A stretch of DNA of 64,000 nt from Candidatus Omnitrophota bacterium (GCA_043826355.1 JBDRQI010000031.1:1-64000), one strand, 5' to 3'. Positions 8,938-20,064 are shown, numbered from the stretch's first letter. Translations and numbers: made by a program. Notes: generated from the letters alone by a model not told the origin.

Positions 8938-10673
8938 AAAAGTTGAAGGGAATTGGCGTCTCCCCCGGAATTACCATCGGGCCGGCTTACCTGGTTCCGA
9001 AACTGCGTCAGCATGTTTCCGACCACCGTCTTCCACCGGAAGAAACCGGTTCCGAAATAAAACGGTTGGAAAAAGCCCTGGCGGAAACCGAGGAAGACCT
9101 TAAAAAAATCCGGGCGCAAACTGCCCAGAATTCAAGCGCCATCGAAGCCGATATCTTCAACGTTCACCTGTTACTACTGCATGACCGGGAATTAAAAAAA
9201 GAGATTGTCCGCCAGATTAAAGAAGGAGCCAATGCGGCCTGGTCAGTACAAATGGTCATTCACCAATACCTAGAGCGCCTGGGTAAAGTAAATGACGCCT
9301 ACCTGAATGAAAGACGGTACGATTTGGAAGACGTTGGAAAACGGCTGTTGCGTAACCTGCTGGGTATCAAGGGATACTTCGCCGACCTCAAAGAAAAGGT
9401 GGTTCTGGTGGCGCACAACCTCACCCCTTCTGAAACCGTTTCGCTTAACCGAAAACTGGTATCTGCTTTCGCCACCGATGTCGGCGGACCCACTTCCCAC
9501 ACCGCCATTATGGCTCGGTCACTGGAAATTCCGGCGGTCGTCGGCCTGAAGGAAATAACCGAAGTTACCCGACCCGGAGAAACGATCATCGTGGACGGCC
9601 AGCAGGGCGTGGTAATCCTGGACCCGGACGAATCTGTCCTTAAGGAATACACGCAACGGCGGACAGACCTGCGCAAGAGCCACCGCGCCCTTTCACCGCT
9701 GAAAGATGTAATTGCCCGCACCCGGGACAAGCACCGGGTCATCATCGGCGCCAACATAGAACTGCCGGTGGAGGTCTCTTCCGTTCTGGCGCACGGCGCG
9801 GATGAAATCGGCCTCTTCCGCACCGAATTCCTCTACCTTAACCGGGAAGACCTGCCCTCGGAAGAGGAGCAGTTCCGGGTATACCGCCACGTGGTTGAAA
9901 AAGTGAAGCCGTGCCCTGTTACCATCCGGACCCTGGACCTGGGCGGAGACAAATTTGCTTCCGCACTAAACATGCCGGAGGAACTGAACCCTTTTCTGGG
10001 TTGGCGGGCAATTCGTTTCTGTCTCTCCCAACCCGATATTTTCAAGGCACAACTCCGCGCCATTCTGCGAGCCAGCGCTTTCGGCCCGGTGCGAATTATG
10101 TACCCTTTAATTTCCGATGTCGAAGAGGTAAAGACCGCCCGCACCATCATGGAAGAAGCGATGGCTGAACTGAAAAAGGAAAACAAGAAATTTATCCCTT
10201 CCATCCCGGTTGGCGCCATGATTGAAGTACCTTCCGCAGCCCTTACCGCCGGCGCTATTTCCCAATATGTTGATTTTTTCAGTATCGGCACAAACGATTT
10301 GATTCAGTATTCGCTGGCGGTTGACCGGACCAACGTCCGAACCGCCTATCTTTATAACCCCACGCATCCGGCAATCTTAAAACTCATTTCGGAAGTGGTT
10401 AAAGCCGGCCGCAAAAAAGGCATTCCGGTAGGATTATGCGGAGAGATGGCAGCCAACCCGGTACTGGCCTTTTTGCTTATTGGAATGGGCATTGACGAAC
10501 TTTCTATGGCGCCCCTGGCCATCCCGGAAGTAAAACAGATGACACTGCTTATCACTCTGACTGAAGCTGCGGAATACGCTCAAAAAGTAGCGGGTATGGA
10601 CTCCGCTTCGGAAATCAGTACCCTGTTAAAAAATAAATATGCCGAAATAATGAAACGAGGGAAAAAGGAATGA
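8934..10673 (+). CDS. ptsI: PEP-protein phosphotransferase (Enzyme I)
   Basis: GGPTSHTAIMAR, GLFRTEFL, NPFLGWRAIR, FSIGTNDL, CGEMA. Confidence 0.96.
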   Translation: MKKLKGIGVSPGITIGPAYLVPKLRQHVSDHRLPPEETGSEIKRLEKALAETEEDLKKIRAQTAQNSSAIEADIFNVHLLLLHDRELKKEIVRQIKEGANAAWSVQMVIHQYLERLGKVNDAYLNERRYDLEDVGKRLLRNLLGIKGYFADLKEKVVLVAHNLTPSETVSLNRKLVSAFATDVGGPTSHTAIMARSLEIPAVVGLKEITEVTRPGETIIVDGQQGVVILDPDESVLKEYTQRRTDLRKSHRALSPLKDVIARTRDKHRVIIGANIELPVEVSSVLAHGADEIGLFRTEFLYLNREDLPSEEEQFRVYRHVVEKVKPCPVTIRTLDLGGDKFASALNMPEELNPFLGWRAIRFCLSQPDIFKAQLRAILRASAFGPVRIMYPLISDVEEVKTARTIMEEAMAELKKENKKFIPSIPVGAMIEVPSAALTAGAISQYVDFFSIGTNDLIQYSLAVDRTNVRTAYLYNPTHPAILKLISEVVKAGRKKGIPVGLCGEMAANPVLAFLLIGMGIDELSMAPLAIPEVKQMTLLITLTEAAEYAQKVAGMDSASEISTLLKNKYAEIMKRGKKE

Positions 10674-11767
10674 CTATTTTAACAACGGATTTTGTTCCGA
10701 AAAGTAATTTACGCGATAATCGGATGCTGGAAAAAGCGGTCAAACAATTCGACCATTCCGGCATGCTTAGATTCCTGCGCGAATTTCCGCAACAGGTTAT
10801 TGCCACCCGACAGTTGAAAGAAAAACCAATTTTAAAAAGTAATAAAGATACCGCCGGAATTATTTTTTCCGGGCTGGGAGGTTCCGCAATCTGCGGAGAC
10901 CTGTTCCGAGATGCTTTTTCCAATCAGCTTATGGCGCCGATCTGCACCAACCGAGACTACCGTCTGCCGAACTGGGTCAGCCGAAAGACGCTGGCAATCC
11001 TGATTAGTTATTCCGGAAATACGGAAGAGACCCTGGTGGCATATCGGGAAGCTCGCCGGCGAAAAACAGCACTTGGCATTGTCTCCAGTGGCGGTAAACT
11101 TTCCGAAATAGCCAAAAAAGACCGGGTTCCGCTAATTACGGTTCCGGCCGGTTATCCGCCCCGAACCGCCCTTGGGTATCTCTTCTTCGGCGCCCTGTCT
11201 CTTTTAGAAAGCGCCGATATCCTGAAGATTCCGGAAATGTGTTTTTCGGAACTGCTTCAGGCCATTCGCAAAACCGCGGCAGAGAATGACCCGCAAAATG
11301 GTTTCGACGAAAACCCCAGCCGCCGGCTGGCCGCCGTCCTTAAAGGCACGATACCGGTAATTTACAGCGCGGCGTTTCTTTCCGGGGCAGCCACCCGCTG
11401 GAAAACTCAAATAGAGGAAAATAGCAAAAATCTCGCATTTACCGGAATCCTGCCGGAGATGAATCATAATGAAGTGGTCGGCTGGGACTGTCCGGTTGAA
11501 GCACTGAAGCGGCTAAGCGTCATATTCCTGCGCGACCGGGAAGATGAACCCCAAGTTAAAAAACGTTTTGAGATCACTAAAGGCCTGCTTCAACCGCGGC
11601 GTTTCTTCGCGGAAGTAGAGAGCAAGAACAGCAACCGGCTTGCCCGTCTCTTTTCCGCAATCGTTTTTGGAGACTGGGTCAGTTATTACCTGGCCCTGGA
11701 GAACAAAACTGACCCCACGCCGGTCGAACGCATCACCCAACTCAAAAAACGATTGGCGAGCCGGTAA
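10670..11767 (+). CDS. Bifunctional phosphoglucose/phosphomannose isomerase
   Basis: GLGGSAI, SYSGNTEET, RWKTQIEENSK, PEMNHNE. Confidence 0.93.
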   Translation: MTILTTDFVPKSNLRDNRMLEKAVKQFDHSGMLRFLREFPQQVIATRQLKEKPILKSNKDTAGIIFSGLGGSAICGDLFRDAFSNQLMAPICTNRDYRLPNWVSRKTLAILISYSGNTEETLVAYREARRRKTALGIVSSGGKLSEIAKKDRVPLITVPAGYPPRTALGYLFFGALSLLESADILKIPEMCFSELLQAIRKTAAENDPQNGFDENPSRRLAAVLKGTIPVIYSAAFLSGAATRWKTQIEENSKNLAFTGILPEMNHNEVVGWDCPVEALKRLSVIFLRDREDEPQVKKRFEITKGLLQPRRFFAEVESKNSNRLARLFSAIVFGDWVSYYLALENKTDPTPVERITQLKKRLASR

Positions 11768-11780
11768 CCCAAATTTCTGT

Positions 11781-11885
11781 TGTCATTCCCGAATGTTTAA
11801 ACCGGGAATCCAAATCTTTAGCCTGCTCCCGCATGTCTTAGGCGGGGGGGGTGTAGATTCCCGCCTCCTACACGCGGGAATGACA
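11781..11885. repeat. Palindromic element (GTCATTCCCG...CGGGAATC...GATTCCCGC...GCGGGAATGAC type)
   Basis: Terminal IR TGTCATTCCCG/CGGGAATGACA with internal hairpins; same layout as Neisseria dRS3 and Rickettsia RPE-type repeats. Confidence 0.85.
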
Positions 11886-11916
11886 AACTATTTTATACGA
11901 ACATCAGGAGGAATTT

Positions 11917-13065
11917 GTGCAGATGAAAAAAGGCAATTATCTTTTCACCTCCGAATCGGTCACCGAGGGTCATCCGGATAAATTATGCGACCAGATTTCC
12001 GACAGCATCCTGGACGAAGTATTAAAACAGGACAAACACGGCCGGGTTGCCTGTGAAACGCTGGTAACACGCGGTCTGGTAATTGTGGCCGGTGAAATAA
12101 CAACCAGGGGATACGTTGACATTCCCAACATCGCGCGCAGTCTGATCCGGGATGTCGGCTATACCAACCCTCATTATGGATTCCACTGGGAAGCAAGTTC
12201 CGTCATCACCGCGGTACAGGAACAATCTCCGGATATCGCCATGGGGGTTGATATTGGCGGAGCCGGCGACCAGGGTCTGATGTTCGGATACGCCTGCGAT
12301 GAAACACCGAACCTGATGCCCTTACCAATTACCCTGGCCCATCTCTTAGCCAAAAAAATGGCGGAAGTAAGAAGGAAAGGACACCTCTCCTATTTGAGAC
12401 CGGATGGAAAGAGCCAGGTAACGGTGCGCTACGAAGACGGAGTACCCAGGGAAGTTACCTGCGTCGTTCTGTCATCACAGCATAATCCGGACGTTAAACA
12501 AAAAAAAATTTGCGCGGACCTGACAAAACTGGTGGTGGACAAAATCATTCCCAGAGAACAGCGCTCGCGCCAGATGAAGATATTCGTCAACCCCACCGGC
12601 AAATTTGTGGTCGGTGGACCTCAGGGCGACACCGGCGTCACCGGGCGAAAAATTATCGTTGACACTTACGGCGGTTTTGGCCGGCACGGCGGCGGATCTT
12701 TCTCCGGCAAGGACCCGACCAAGGTTGACCGCTCGGCCACCTACATGGCCCGTTACCTCGCCAAAAATATTGTGGCGGCCGGTCTCTGCCGGAAGTGCGA
12801 AATCCAGATTGCTTATGCCATCGGCGAAAAACAACCGGTATCCCTGAGTCTTGAAAGCTACGAATGCGGGCTGGTACCGGCGGAAAAAATCCTTAACGCC
12901 ATCCGGAAGAATTTTGACCTTTCTCCGGGCGGCATCATCAAAAAACTGGACCTTTTGAAACCGCGATACCTGAAAACAGCGTGCTACGGACATTTTGGCC
13001 GGACCGAACCGGAATTCACCTGGGAAAAAATCGATTCGGCAAAAATTTTCCGTGCTCTGATCTAA
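11917..13065 (+). CDS. metK: S-adenosylmethionine synthetase
   Basis: [28 protein letters not shown]. Confidence 0.98.
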   Translation: MQMKKGNYLFTSESVTEGHPDKLCDQISDSILDEVLKQDKHGRVACETLVTRGLVIVAGEITTRGYVDIPNIARSLIRDVGYTNPHYGFHWEASSVITAVQEQSPDIAMGVDIGGAGDQGLMFGYACDETPNLMPLPITLAHLLAKKMAEVRRKGHLSYLRPDGKSQVTVRYEDGVPREVTCVVLSSQHNPDVKQKKICADLTKLVVDKIIPREQRSRQMKIFVNPTGKFVVGGPQGDTGVTGRKIIVDTYGGFGRHGGGSFSGKDPTKVDRSATYMARYLAKNIVAAGLCRKCEIQIAYAIGEKQPVSLSLESYECGLVPAEKILNAIRKNFDLSPGGIIKKLDLLKPRYLKTACYGHFGRTEPEFTWEKIDSAKIFRALI

Positions 13066-13135
13066 CTGCTTAATTTAACATAAGAGAATAGGTGAATTTG
13101 TATAATTCTTTCACTGTTCACGATTCAGCGGAGTT

Positions 13136-13717
13136 ATGCTTATCGGTCTGACTGGTACTTTCGGTTCCGGAAAAAGCAGTGTGCTCAGACTCTTCCGAAA
13201 AGAAGGCGCGGTCACTATCTCCGCCGACCAAATCGTCCATTACCTTCTGCTACGAAAAACCGTGAGAGAGATGGTGAAAACTATGTTTGGCCCGACAGTT
13301 TTAAAACAGGGTCAGATCAACCGGCCGGCGCTGGCAAAGATCGTTTTTACCGATAAAAAAAAACGCCGAAAACTGGAAAAACTCCTGCACCCGATGGTGA
13401 AGGAAAAAATAAGGAATAGCGCCCGGAAATTTTCCCGGCAGAAAAAACCGGTCGTGGTGGAAGTACCTCTCCTCTTTGAAAGCGATTTTCGGGAACCTTT
13501 TGATTGCATCGTCTGCGTTTCCGCAAAACCGGAGGTAATCCGAATCCGCATGCAGAAAAAGGGAATTACCGCGGACGAGGTTGAAAACCGTTCTTCCAAC
13601 CAGTGGCCGATTTCGAAAAAGGAAAAACGGAGCAATGCAATCATCGAGAACAGCGAATCCCGGGCGAAGACCGCAAAACAGGTCAGGACCCTGCTGCATA
13701 AATTAAAAAAGATGTAG
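13136..13717 (+). CDS. coaE: Dephospho-CoA kinase
   Basis: [25 protein letters not shown]. Confidence 0.95.
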   Translation: MLIGLTGTFGSGKSSVLRLFRKEGAVTISADQIVHYLLLRKTVREMVKTMFGPTVLKQGQINRPALAKIVFTDKKKRRKLEKLLHPMVKEKIRNSARKFSRQKKPVVVEVPLLFESDFREPFDCIVCVSAKPEVIRIRMQKKGITADEVENRSSNQWPISKKEKRSNAIIENSESRAKTAKQVRTLLHKLKKM

Positions 13718-13770
13718 GGGCTCGATTTATCGAGCCTGCTTCTCTCGGGTCGGACAAATCCGACCCCTAC
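13714..13770. repeat. GTAG-type REP doublet (REPIN-like); supplies the coaE stop codon
   Basis: GTAGGGGCTCGATTTATCGAGCC ... GGGTCGGACAAATCCGACCCCTAC. Confidence 0.85.
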
Positions 13771-13785
13771 AAAACGGGGACTAAA

Positions 13786-15132
13786 ATGGAAGAAGCGAAA
13801 GAAACTAAGGAAACAAAGGAGAGTAAGGAAATGAAAGAAGTTAAGGAAGCAATCCGGCAGTTAAATATATCGGAGTTAAAAATAATGCCGGTTTCCGGAC
13901 TGCAAAAGATGGCCCGGTCAATGGGCATCAATAACATCTCGGGCGTAAAAAAACAGGACTTGATCTTTAAAATTCTGCAGGTGCAGACGGAAAAGAGCGG
14001 CCTCCTTTTCGGGGAAGGGGTGCTGGAAGTACTGATGCCGGAGGGCTTCGGGTTCCTACGCAGTCCAAATTACAACTATTTTTCCAGTCCGGACGATATT
14101 TACGTTTCCCCATCCCAGATTAAGCGCTTCAACCTGATTACCGGCGACACGATCAGCGGCCAAATCAGACCGCCCAAAGAAGGAGAGCGGTATTTTGCCC
14201 TGTTGCGCGTGGAAGCGGTCAACGGTGAAAACCCGGAAGATATCCGGGATCGTATTCCCTTCGAGAATTTGAAAGCGCTCTACCCAAACAAGCGTTTTAT
14301 CCTGGAAACCAAACCGGAAGAATTATCCGCGCGGGTACTGGACTTAATTACACCAATCGGTAAAGGACAACGCGCTTTGATCGTTTCACCGCCCCGGGCC
14401 GGAAAAACGGTACTTCTGCAAAAAATAGCTAACGGTATCACTACCAATAATCCGGACTCGCATCTGATTGTGCTCCTGGTAGGCGAAAGGCCGGAGGAAG
14501 TCACCGAAATGGAACGCACGGTCAAGGGAGAAGTAATCAGCGCCACCTTTGACGAACCGCCGGAACGCCACGTGCAGGTTGCGGAGATGGTCTTGGAAAA
14601 AGCCAAGCGGATGGTGGAACACCGTCAGGATGTGGTAATTCTCCTGGACAGCATCACCCGGCTCGCCCGGGCTTACAACGCAATCGTCCCGCACACCGGC
14701 AAAGTAATGTCCGGAGGTTTGGAATCAAATGCCCTGGAAAAACCGAAACGGTTCTTCGGTGCAGCCCGAAACGTGGAAGATGGCGGGAGCCTGACTATAA
14801 TCGGCACTGCCTTGGTGGATACCGGAAGTCGAATGGACGACGTCATCTTTGAAGAGTTTAAAGGTACCGGCAACTGTGAGGTTAACCTTGACCGGCATCT
14901 GGCCGAGCGCAGAATCTGGCCGGCCATCGATATCAACAAAAGCGGAACCAGGCGTGAAGAACTTCTGCTTGACCCGGAGGAACTGAAACGCGTCTGGGTC
15001 TTTCACAAAATTCTGGCGCCGTTTCCGCCGGAAGAAGCGATGCCAATGCTTCTGGAAAAATTACGCAAAACCGGTTCCAACGCGGAGTTCTTGTTTTCCA
15101 TCCCTTCAAACGCCGCCGGTTCTTCGACTTAA
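13786..15132 (+). CDS. rho: Transcription termination factor Rho
   Basis: [41 protein letters not shown]. Confidence 0.98.
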   Translation: MEEAKETKETKESKEMKEVKEAIRQLNISELKIMPVSGLQKMARSMGINNISGVKKQDLIFKILQVQTEKSGLLFGEGVLEVLMPEGFGFLRSPNYNYFSSPDDIYVSPSQIKRFNLITGDTISGQIRPPKEGERYFALLRVEAVNGENPEDIRDRIPFENLKALYPNKRFILETKPEELSARVLDLITPIGKGQRALIVSPPRAGKTVLLQKIANGITTNNPDSHLIVLLVGERPEEVTEMERTVKGEVISATFDEPPERHVQVAEMVLEKAKRMVEHRQDVVILLDSITRLARAYNAIVPHTGKVMSGGLESNALEKPKRFFGAARNVEDGGSLTIIGTALVDTGSRMDDVIFEEFKGTGNCEVNLDRHLAERRIWPAIDINKSGTRREELLLDPEELKRVWVFHKILAPFPPEEAMPMLLEKLRKTGSNAEFLFSIPSNAAGSST

Positions 15133-15138
15133 ATTGAA

Positions 15139-16128
15139 ATGCAAAGCGTCTTGACTATCAAAAACCTGCACCTTTCCTTTGTAAACAAGGGAAGGGAGGA
15201 GAAGATACTTCGGGGCATTAACCTGGAGATTTCCGAAGGTGAAACGCTCGGTCTGGCGGGTGAATCCGGAGCGGGCAAGTCATTGCTTACCTTGAGCATT
15301 ATGGGACTGCTGCCGGCAACTGCGAAAATAAAAAAAGGGGAAATTCAATTTCGGGATACGGAAATTCTGGATAACCCCGGAAAACAGGCATCCCTGCGCG
15401 GCCGAAAAATCGGAATTATCTTTCAGGACCCGTCCGCATCGCTGGACCCTCTTTACCGGGTTGGTTCCCAGGTAGCCGAAACACTTTCCGGTATCACCGG
15501 GGGAAAACCCAAAACGCCTAAAATCCTAGACCTCTTTGCCCGGGCTGAATTCAAAGAACCGGAAAAGATAGTTTTCCGCTATCCGCATCAGCTTTCCGGC
15601 GGCGAAAAACAAAGGGTGATGATCGCCGTTGCCCTGGCGGGTAATCCCGGCTTGCTTCTGGCCGACGAACCGACTGCATCGCTGGATGCCAACACCGGCG
15701 GACAAATCATTTCGCTTCTTTCCAAGATTCAAAAAGAAATGGGTTTGTCTATTCTCTTCATCAGCCACAACCTTCCGTTAGTGGAGCAGATTGCCGACAG
15801 AATAGCGATCATTTACGCCGGCAGGATTCTGGAAACCGGACCCGCAGCAGAACTTGCAGATAATCCGCTTCATCCTTATACCCGGATGCTCTTCGCCGCT
15901 TTGCCTGACCCGAACCGGAAGGGAATACCGCTGGCGTCCATACCCGGCTCTCCCGATTCCGAACGGAAATCACAAATTACGGAGTTTGCATCGTTTAAGG
16001 AATCCGGATGCGCTTTCTATAACCGCTGCCCGAAAAAAGATCTAATCTGTTGCTGCCCGGAGCCTCCGCTGGTTGAAATCAGCCCGGGCCACCGGGTTGC
16101 CTGCTGGGGAATAAAACATGAAGATTAA
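15139..16128 (+). CDS. Oligopeptide/dipeptide ABC transporter ATP-binding subunit (OppD/DppD-like)
   Basis: GESGAGKS, YPHQLSGGEKQR, ADEPT, PLHPYT and a Cys-rich C-terminus. Confidence 0.92.
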   Translation: MQSVLTIKNLHLSFVNKGREEKILRGINLEISEGETLGLAGESGAGKSLLTLSIMGLLPATAKIKKGEIQFRDTEILDNPGKQASLRGRKIGIIFQDPSASLDPLYRVGSQVAETLSGITGGKPKTPKILDLFARAEFKEPEKIVFRYPHQLSGGEKQRVMIAVALAGNPGLLLADEPTASLDANTGGQIISLLSKIQKEMGLSILFISHNLPLVEQIADRIAIIYAGRILETGPAAELADNPLHPYTRMLFAALPDPNRKGIPLASIPGSPDSERKSQITEFASFKESGCAFYNRCPKKDLICCCPEPPLVEISPGHRVACWGIKHED

Positions 16129-17953
16129 AACAACAGAAGGATTGCTGGCTATTTTTATACTGTTGATAAGTATCTTTACTTTCAGGCCGGCTTATGACTA
16201 TACGGTTGTCCGGCTGCTGATTGCAAATATATTTGTTTTTTTCTGCGCTCTTTACTTTTTCGGCCGGCGCCGGCCTTTCTCCGCTCCCCTGCCTGTCCTT
16301 CTTTCGCTAACCGGATTTGTTCTCTTTGTAACCGTCTCCGTCGGCTATTCCGTTTTTCCGCCGGCAACCGTGCGTGATTTCTCCCATTTTCTCACCTACA
16401 TTCTCATCTTTCTGATCGCCAGCCAGATTTATCCTACCCCTTTTGTCATCGGCTCCTGGATTACATCCGTGGTAATTCTTTCCTTCACGGGTTTGTATGA
16501 CTACAACCGGATACAGAACATTGTTACACCGCTGGGCAATAAAAATTTCTTTGCCGGCTATCTGATTCTGATCATTCCGATAACTGTAACCACCCTGTGG
16601 CAGAAGATTGCGGCGCTGCGGTCCAGTAAAAATATATTGTCATTGCGAGACCGCCGAAGCCTTGGCGCAGGCAGGCGCGGCAATCCCGTTTTTAAAAACA
16701 GTATTGCCGCACAAAAAAAGGCTCGCAATAACTACTTGTCTCTAATCGCCCTGATTCTAGCTGTCATTATCTTCTTCATCCTCCTGGTTCTGGCCGATTC
16801 CCAGGCGGCTGATGCGGGTTTGGTCATTGGTTTGCTTTTCCTGGCGCTTATTTCTTTCGGTAAATTCGTGCTGCCCCGGCTCAAATCCGGTTTACGCGTC
16901 TTAACCCTTTCAATGCTAATCGTCGCTTTAGCGCTAACTGCTTTTATCGGCGCCAAAAAAGGAACACCTTATGTTCTTAAAAATGTCCGATACCCACTCT
17001 GGAAAGGAAGTGTAGATATGATTGTCCAGAGACCGCTAACCGGCTTCGGACCCGGCACCTTTCTGGCCGTTTTTCAGCGTTTCCGTCCGGCCGATTATTA
17101 CAACCGTGCGGAAACAGCTCCGTTGTCCGACCACAGTCACAACGAATATCTGGAATTAGCGTCCGAATCCGGCTTGCCGGCCCTCCTCTTCTTTTTAACT
17201 TTCCTGACTTCGGTCCTGGCTCTTTCCATCCGCAAACTGAAAAATAACGATGTCATCGTGAGTCCGCCGGAGACAGGCGTGACAATTCCAATAAATTGGT
17301 TTCTGCTAGCCGGCTTGGTTTCCGGTTTAATCGCCATACTGGTTGACGGACTATTCTCCACAAACCTGCGCACTTTCTCGGTAATCCCTGTTTTCTGGCT
17401 CCTGTTGGGATTCTGCACCGCGGTTATAAACAAGACCCCGGACATCAATCCCCGGGAATCAAAAATAAAACCGATAAAAAATTTAAAAACCCCTTCGGCC
17501 GCAAGCCTCAAGCTTTTGCCTCAGGCTTCGTTCATTTGGATAGCGATTATGGTCTTCAACGTCTTTTGCGCAACGCTAATTATCCGGGAAGTTAAAGGAC
17601 AGGTTTATTATAAAGAAGGCATTGCGGCTCGCAACGCGCAAAACTGGGCCGGGGCCATTTCCAAATACCGGAAAGCCCTTGAGCTTGAACCGGCCAACCT
17701 TCAGGCAGCCTACAAACTCAGTTTCGTATACGCCAACGCCAACCAGACCGAAGACGCAATCAACCTTTACCGGGAAATCCTGCGGGTTAGCCCTAACTTC
17801 GCCAAAACCTACTATAACCTCGCCCTGCTTTCTCTTAGATTAAACGATAAAGACTCCGCCGTTTCTTATCTAAACCTTAGCCTGCGTTACGACCCATACG
17901 ATACGGAAGCGCAGAGAATTTTGAATATCCTGACAAATAAACCCGGTAGTTAA
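16118..17953 (+). CDS. O-antigen ligase family membrane protein with C-terminal TPRs
   Basis: Many TM helices; GNKNFFAGYL, PLTGFGPGTF, HSHNEYLE; TPRs at the C-terminus. Confidence 0.88.
   Translation: MKIKTTEGLLAIFILLISIFTFRPAYDYTVVRLLIANIFVFFCALYFFGRRRPFSAPLPVLLSLTGFVLFVTVSVGYSVFPPATVRDFSHFLTYILIFLIASQIYPTPFVIGSWITSVVILSFTGLYDYNRIQNIVTPLGNKNFFAGYLILIIPITVTTLWQKIAALRSSKNILSLRDRRSLGAGRRGNPVFKNSIAAQKKARNNYLSLIALILAVIIFFILLVLADSQAADAGLVIGLLFLALISFGKFVLPRLKSGLRVLTLSMLIVALALTAFIGAKKGTPYVLKNVRYPLWKGSVDMIVQRPLTGFGPGTFLAVFQRFRPADYYNRAETAPLSDHSHNEYLELASESGLPALLFFLTFLTSVLALSIRKLKNNDVIVSPPETGVTIPINWFLLAGLVSGLIAILVDGLFSTNLRTFSVIPVFWLLLGFCTAVINKTPDINPRESKIKPIKNLKTPSAASLKLLPQASFIWIAIMVFNVFCATLIIREVKGQVYYKEGIAARNAQNWAGAISKYRKALELEPANLQAAYKLSFVYANANQTEDAINLYREILRVSPNFAKTYYNLALLSLRLNDKDSAVSYLNLSLRYDPYDTEAQRILNILTNKPGS
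16639..16732. repeat. Palindromic (RPE-like) element in frame inside the O-antigen ligase gene
   Basis: GTCATTGCGAG...GCGGCAAT...ATTGCCGC...CTCGCAATAAC; the right half matches intergenic 35674-35707. Confidence 0.8.
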
Positions 17954-18096
17954 AAATCAGTTTGCCCGGAATTAATCCGTTCAATGATTTCTGATTAAGC
18001 CGGAAATTCCAGTCCTTGTCAATTGTGATTATTTGTTTGAAACCAAATATGCTATAATATGCTATAAAAAAAATCGCTTAAAATTAGGAGATAAAA

Positions 18097-19290
18097 ATGT
18101 ATCGTATAGGCGAAGAAGAACTCCGGGAACTGCGAAAGGTTTTGGAAAGCAAGAACCTTTTCCGGGTGGGGGACCCAAAGGCAGGGCACCTTCAAGAGGT
18201 TGAAAGGTTTGAGCGGGAATGGGCTGAGAAAATCGGAACAAAATATGCGCTGCTTTTATCCGGCGGCGGTACTGCGGCCTTGATGTGTGGGCTTGCCGGA
18301 ATGGGCATAGGACCCGGAGACGAGGTTCTTATTCCTGCTTATACTTTTATGGCGTCCGCAAGCGCGGTCCTTGCCGTAGGCGCGATTCCGGTCGTGGCAG
18401 AGATTGACGATACCTGCACCATTGACCCGGAGGATATGGAAAAAAAAATAACCCCTGGTACAAAAGCTATTATTCCGGTCCACATGGTGGGTATTCCCTG
18501 TAATATGCAGGCAATCACAGGGATTGCAAAAAAAGCCGGCATTAAGGTTCTTGAGGACTCTTGCCAGGCAGATGGAGGCAGTTTCAAAAGCAAAAGGTTG
18601 GGTGCATGGGGAGATGCCGGTGCTTTCAGTTTTAACTATTACAAAATACTCAGTTGCGGCGAGGGAGGGTGTCTGGTTACCAATGATAAACTGATATATG
18701 AACGAGCCTCGATTTTCGGGGATAGCGGGACCGCGTTCCGATCATACGCCGGCGAATTTTCGGTCCCGATATTTGTAGGACTCCAACTCCGGGCAAGCGA
18801 AGTTATGGGTGCGATCATGAGAATTCAGCTTCAGCGGCTTGAAGGAATTCTTTCTGATCTGCGCCGTATAAAAAAACGGTTCATCGGGGAGCTCTCAGGA
18901 AAACCGGGTATAGCGTTTTCACGCTCAAACGACATTGAAGGCGACTGTGGCGTTGTGGTTTCGTTTCGGTTTGAAAACGAAGAAAAAGCAAGGTCGTTTG
19001 CATCTTATGAAGGCGTCTCCGGATGGAGGCCTTTGGATTCCGAAAAACATGTATTTTTCAACTGGGAACCCATTGTAGAAAAAAGGATATGGCACCACCC
19101 GATCATGAATCCGTATAATTTTCCGCAGAATAAAAAATTAAGGCTGAATTATACGAAAGAAATGTACCCAAAATCTCTTGATAATCTCGGACGCACGGTT
19201 TTCGTCCACGTTAACCCTGACTGGACAGAGGAAGAAGTAAAAAATAGGATTGAAGCATGCGAGAAAGCGGCCGTGGAGATTAACACATAA
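18097..19290 (+). CDS. DegT/DnrJ/EryC1/StrS PLP-dependent aminotransferase
   Basis: GPGDEVLIPAYTF, PVHMVG, EDSCQA, FSFNYYK...GEGG. Confidence 0.93.
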   Translation: MYRIGEEELRELRKVLESKNLFRVGDPKAGHLQEVERFEREWAEKIGTKYALLLSGGGTAALMCGLAGMGIGPGDEVLIPAYTFMASASAVLAVGAIPVVAEIDDTCTIDPEDMEKKITPGTKAIIPVHMVGIPCNMQAITGIAKKAGIKVLEDSCQADGGSFKSKRLGAWGDAGAFSFNYYKILSCGEGGCLVTNDKLIYERASIFGDSGTAFRSYAGEFSVPIFVGLQLRASEVMGAIMRIQLQRLEGILSDLRRIKKRFIGELSGKPGIAFSRSNDIEGDCGVVVSFRFENEEKARSFASYEGVSGWRPLDSEKHVFFNWEPIVEKRIWHHPIMNPYNFPQNKKLRLNYTKEMYPKSLDNLGRTVFVHVNPDWTEEEVKNRIEACEKAAVEINT

Positions 19291-19308
19291 ATAGGAGGCG
19301 TTAGTTAA

Positions 19309-20064
19309 ATGGAATTTTTTGATGCGAACGTATCTATCGGCACTCCGCCTCTCCCGATTTATGACCCGGCTGTTACTGCCAAAGACATTCTTGACGAAAT
19401 GGATGGTCTTGACATCAAAAAAGCCGTCGTCAGGCATACCGCACAATATTACGGAAATCCTGTTTACGGAAATCTGCTCTTAAGCAAAAAAATCGCGGAC
19501 CAACAACGGCTCTGGGGATGCTGGGCGATCCTTCCTCCGCAAACGGGTGAGGTCATTAAAAATGATTTTTTTGTTCACATGAAAGAAAACCGCATTGCCG
19601 GACTGCTGGCTTTTCCGGAAAGAAACCGGTTTCTGCTCAACCGGGTTACGTTCGGCAGTTTTCTGGATGAACTGACTGAAAGACAAATACCCCTTTTTTT
19701 GACCGTTGGTGAGGGGGGTTTAAACTTTGTATCCCTTTACGAACTTCTGGATGATTTTCCTGCCCTGACATGCATCCTATGCAACATCGGAATGTGGGGT
19801 GTGGACAGGTTCACCTGGCCCCTGTTAGAAAAATTCCCGCGGTTCTACCTTGAATCAAGTCTTCTTTCCCTGGAAGAAGGTGGGATAGAAGCAACCGTTA
19901 AAAGATTCGGTGCGGAAAGGATAGTATTCGGAACGGGTTTTCCGGAAAGGTATATGGAAGCGTCTATTTTACAACTGCTTCACGCCGAGATACCCGAATC
20001 GGCCAAGAAGAAGATTGCTTCGGAAAACCTTGAACATATTCTCAAAACGGCAAACTACCTATGA
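19309..20064 (+). CDS. Amidohydrolase-family TIM-barrel protein with degenerate metal ligands
   Basis: FGAERIVFGTGFP; the N-terminal D-x-H-x-H is replaced by DANVS. Confidence 0.75.
   Translation: MEFFDANVSIGTPPLPIYDPAVTAKDILDEMDGLDIKKAVVRHTAQYYGNPVYGNLLLSKKIADQQRLWGCWAILPPQTGEVIKNDFFVHMKENRIAGLLAFPERNRFLLNRVTFGSFLDELTERQIPLFLTVGEGGLNFVSLYELLDDFPALTCILCNIGMWGVDRFTWPLLEKFPRFYLESSLLSLEEGGIEATVKRFGAERIVFGTGFPERYMEASILQLLHAEIPESAKKKIASENLEHILKTANYL

Noticed and set aside
11770..11916. Possible SAM riboswitch upstream of metK
   Set aside because: No SAM-I core (ATC...GAT with a kink-turn) is visible; the region is explained by a palindromic repeat.
13786..13850. KE-rich repeat at the Rho N-terminus
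   Set aside because: Low-complexity N-terminal extensions are common in Rho.
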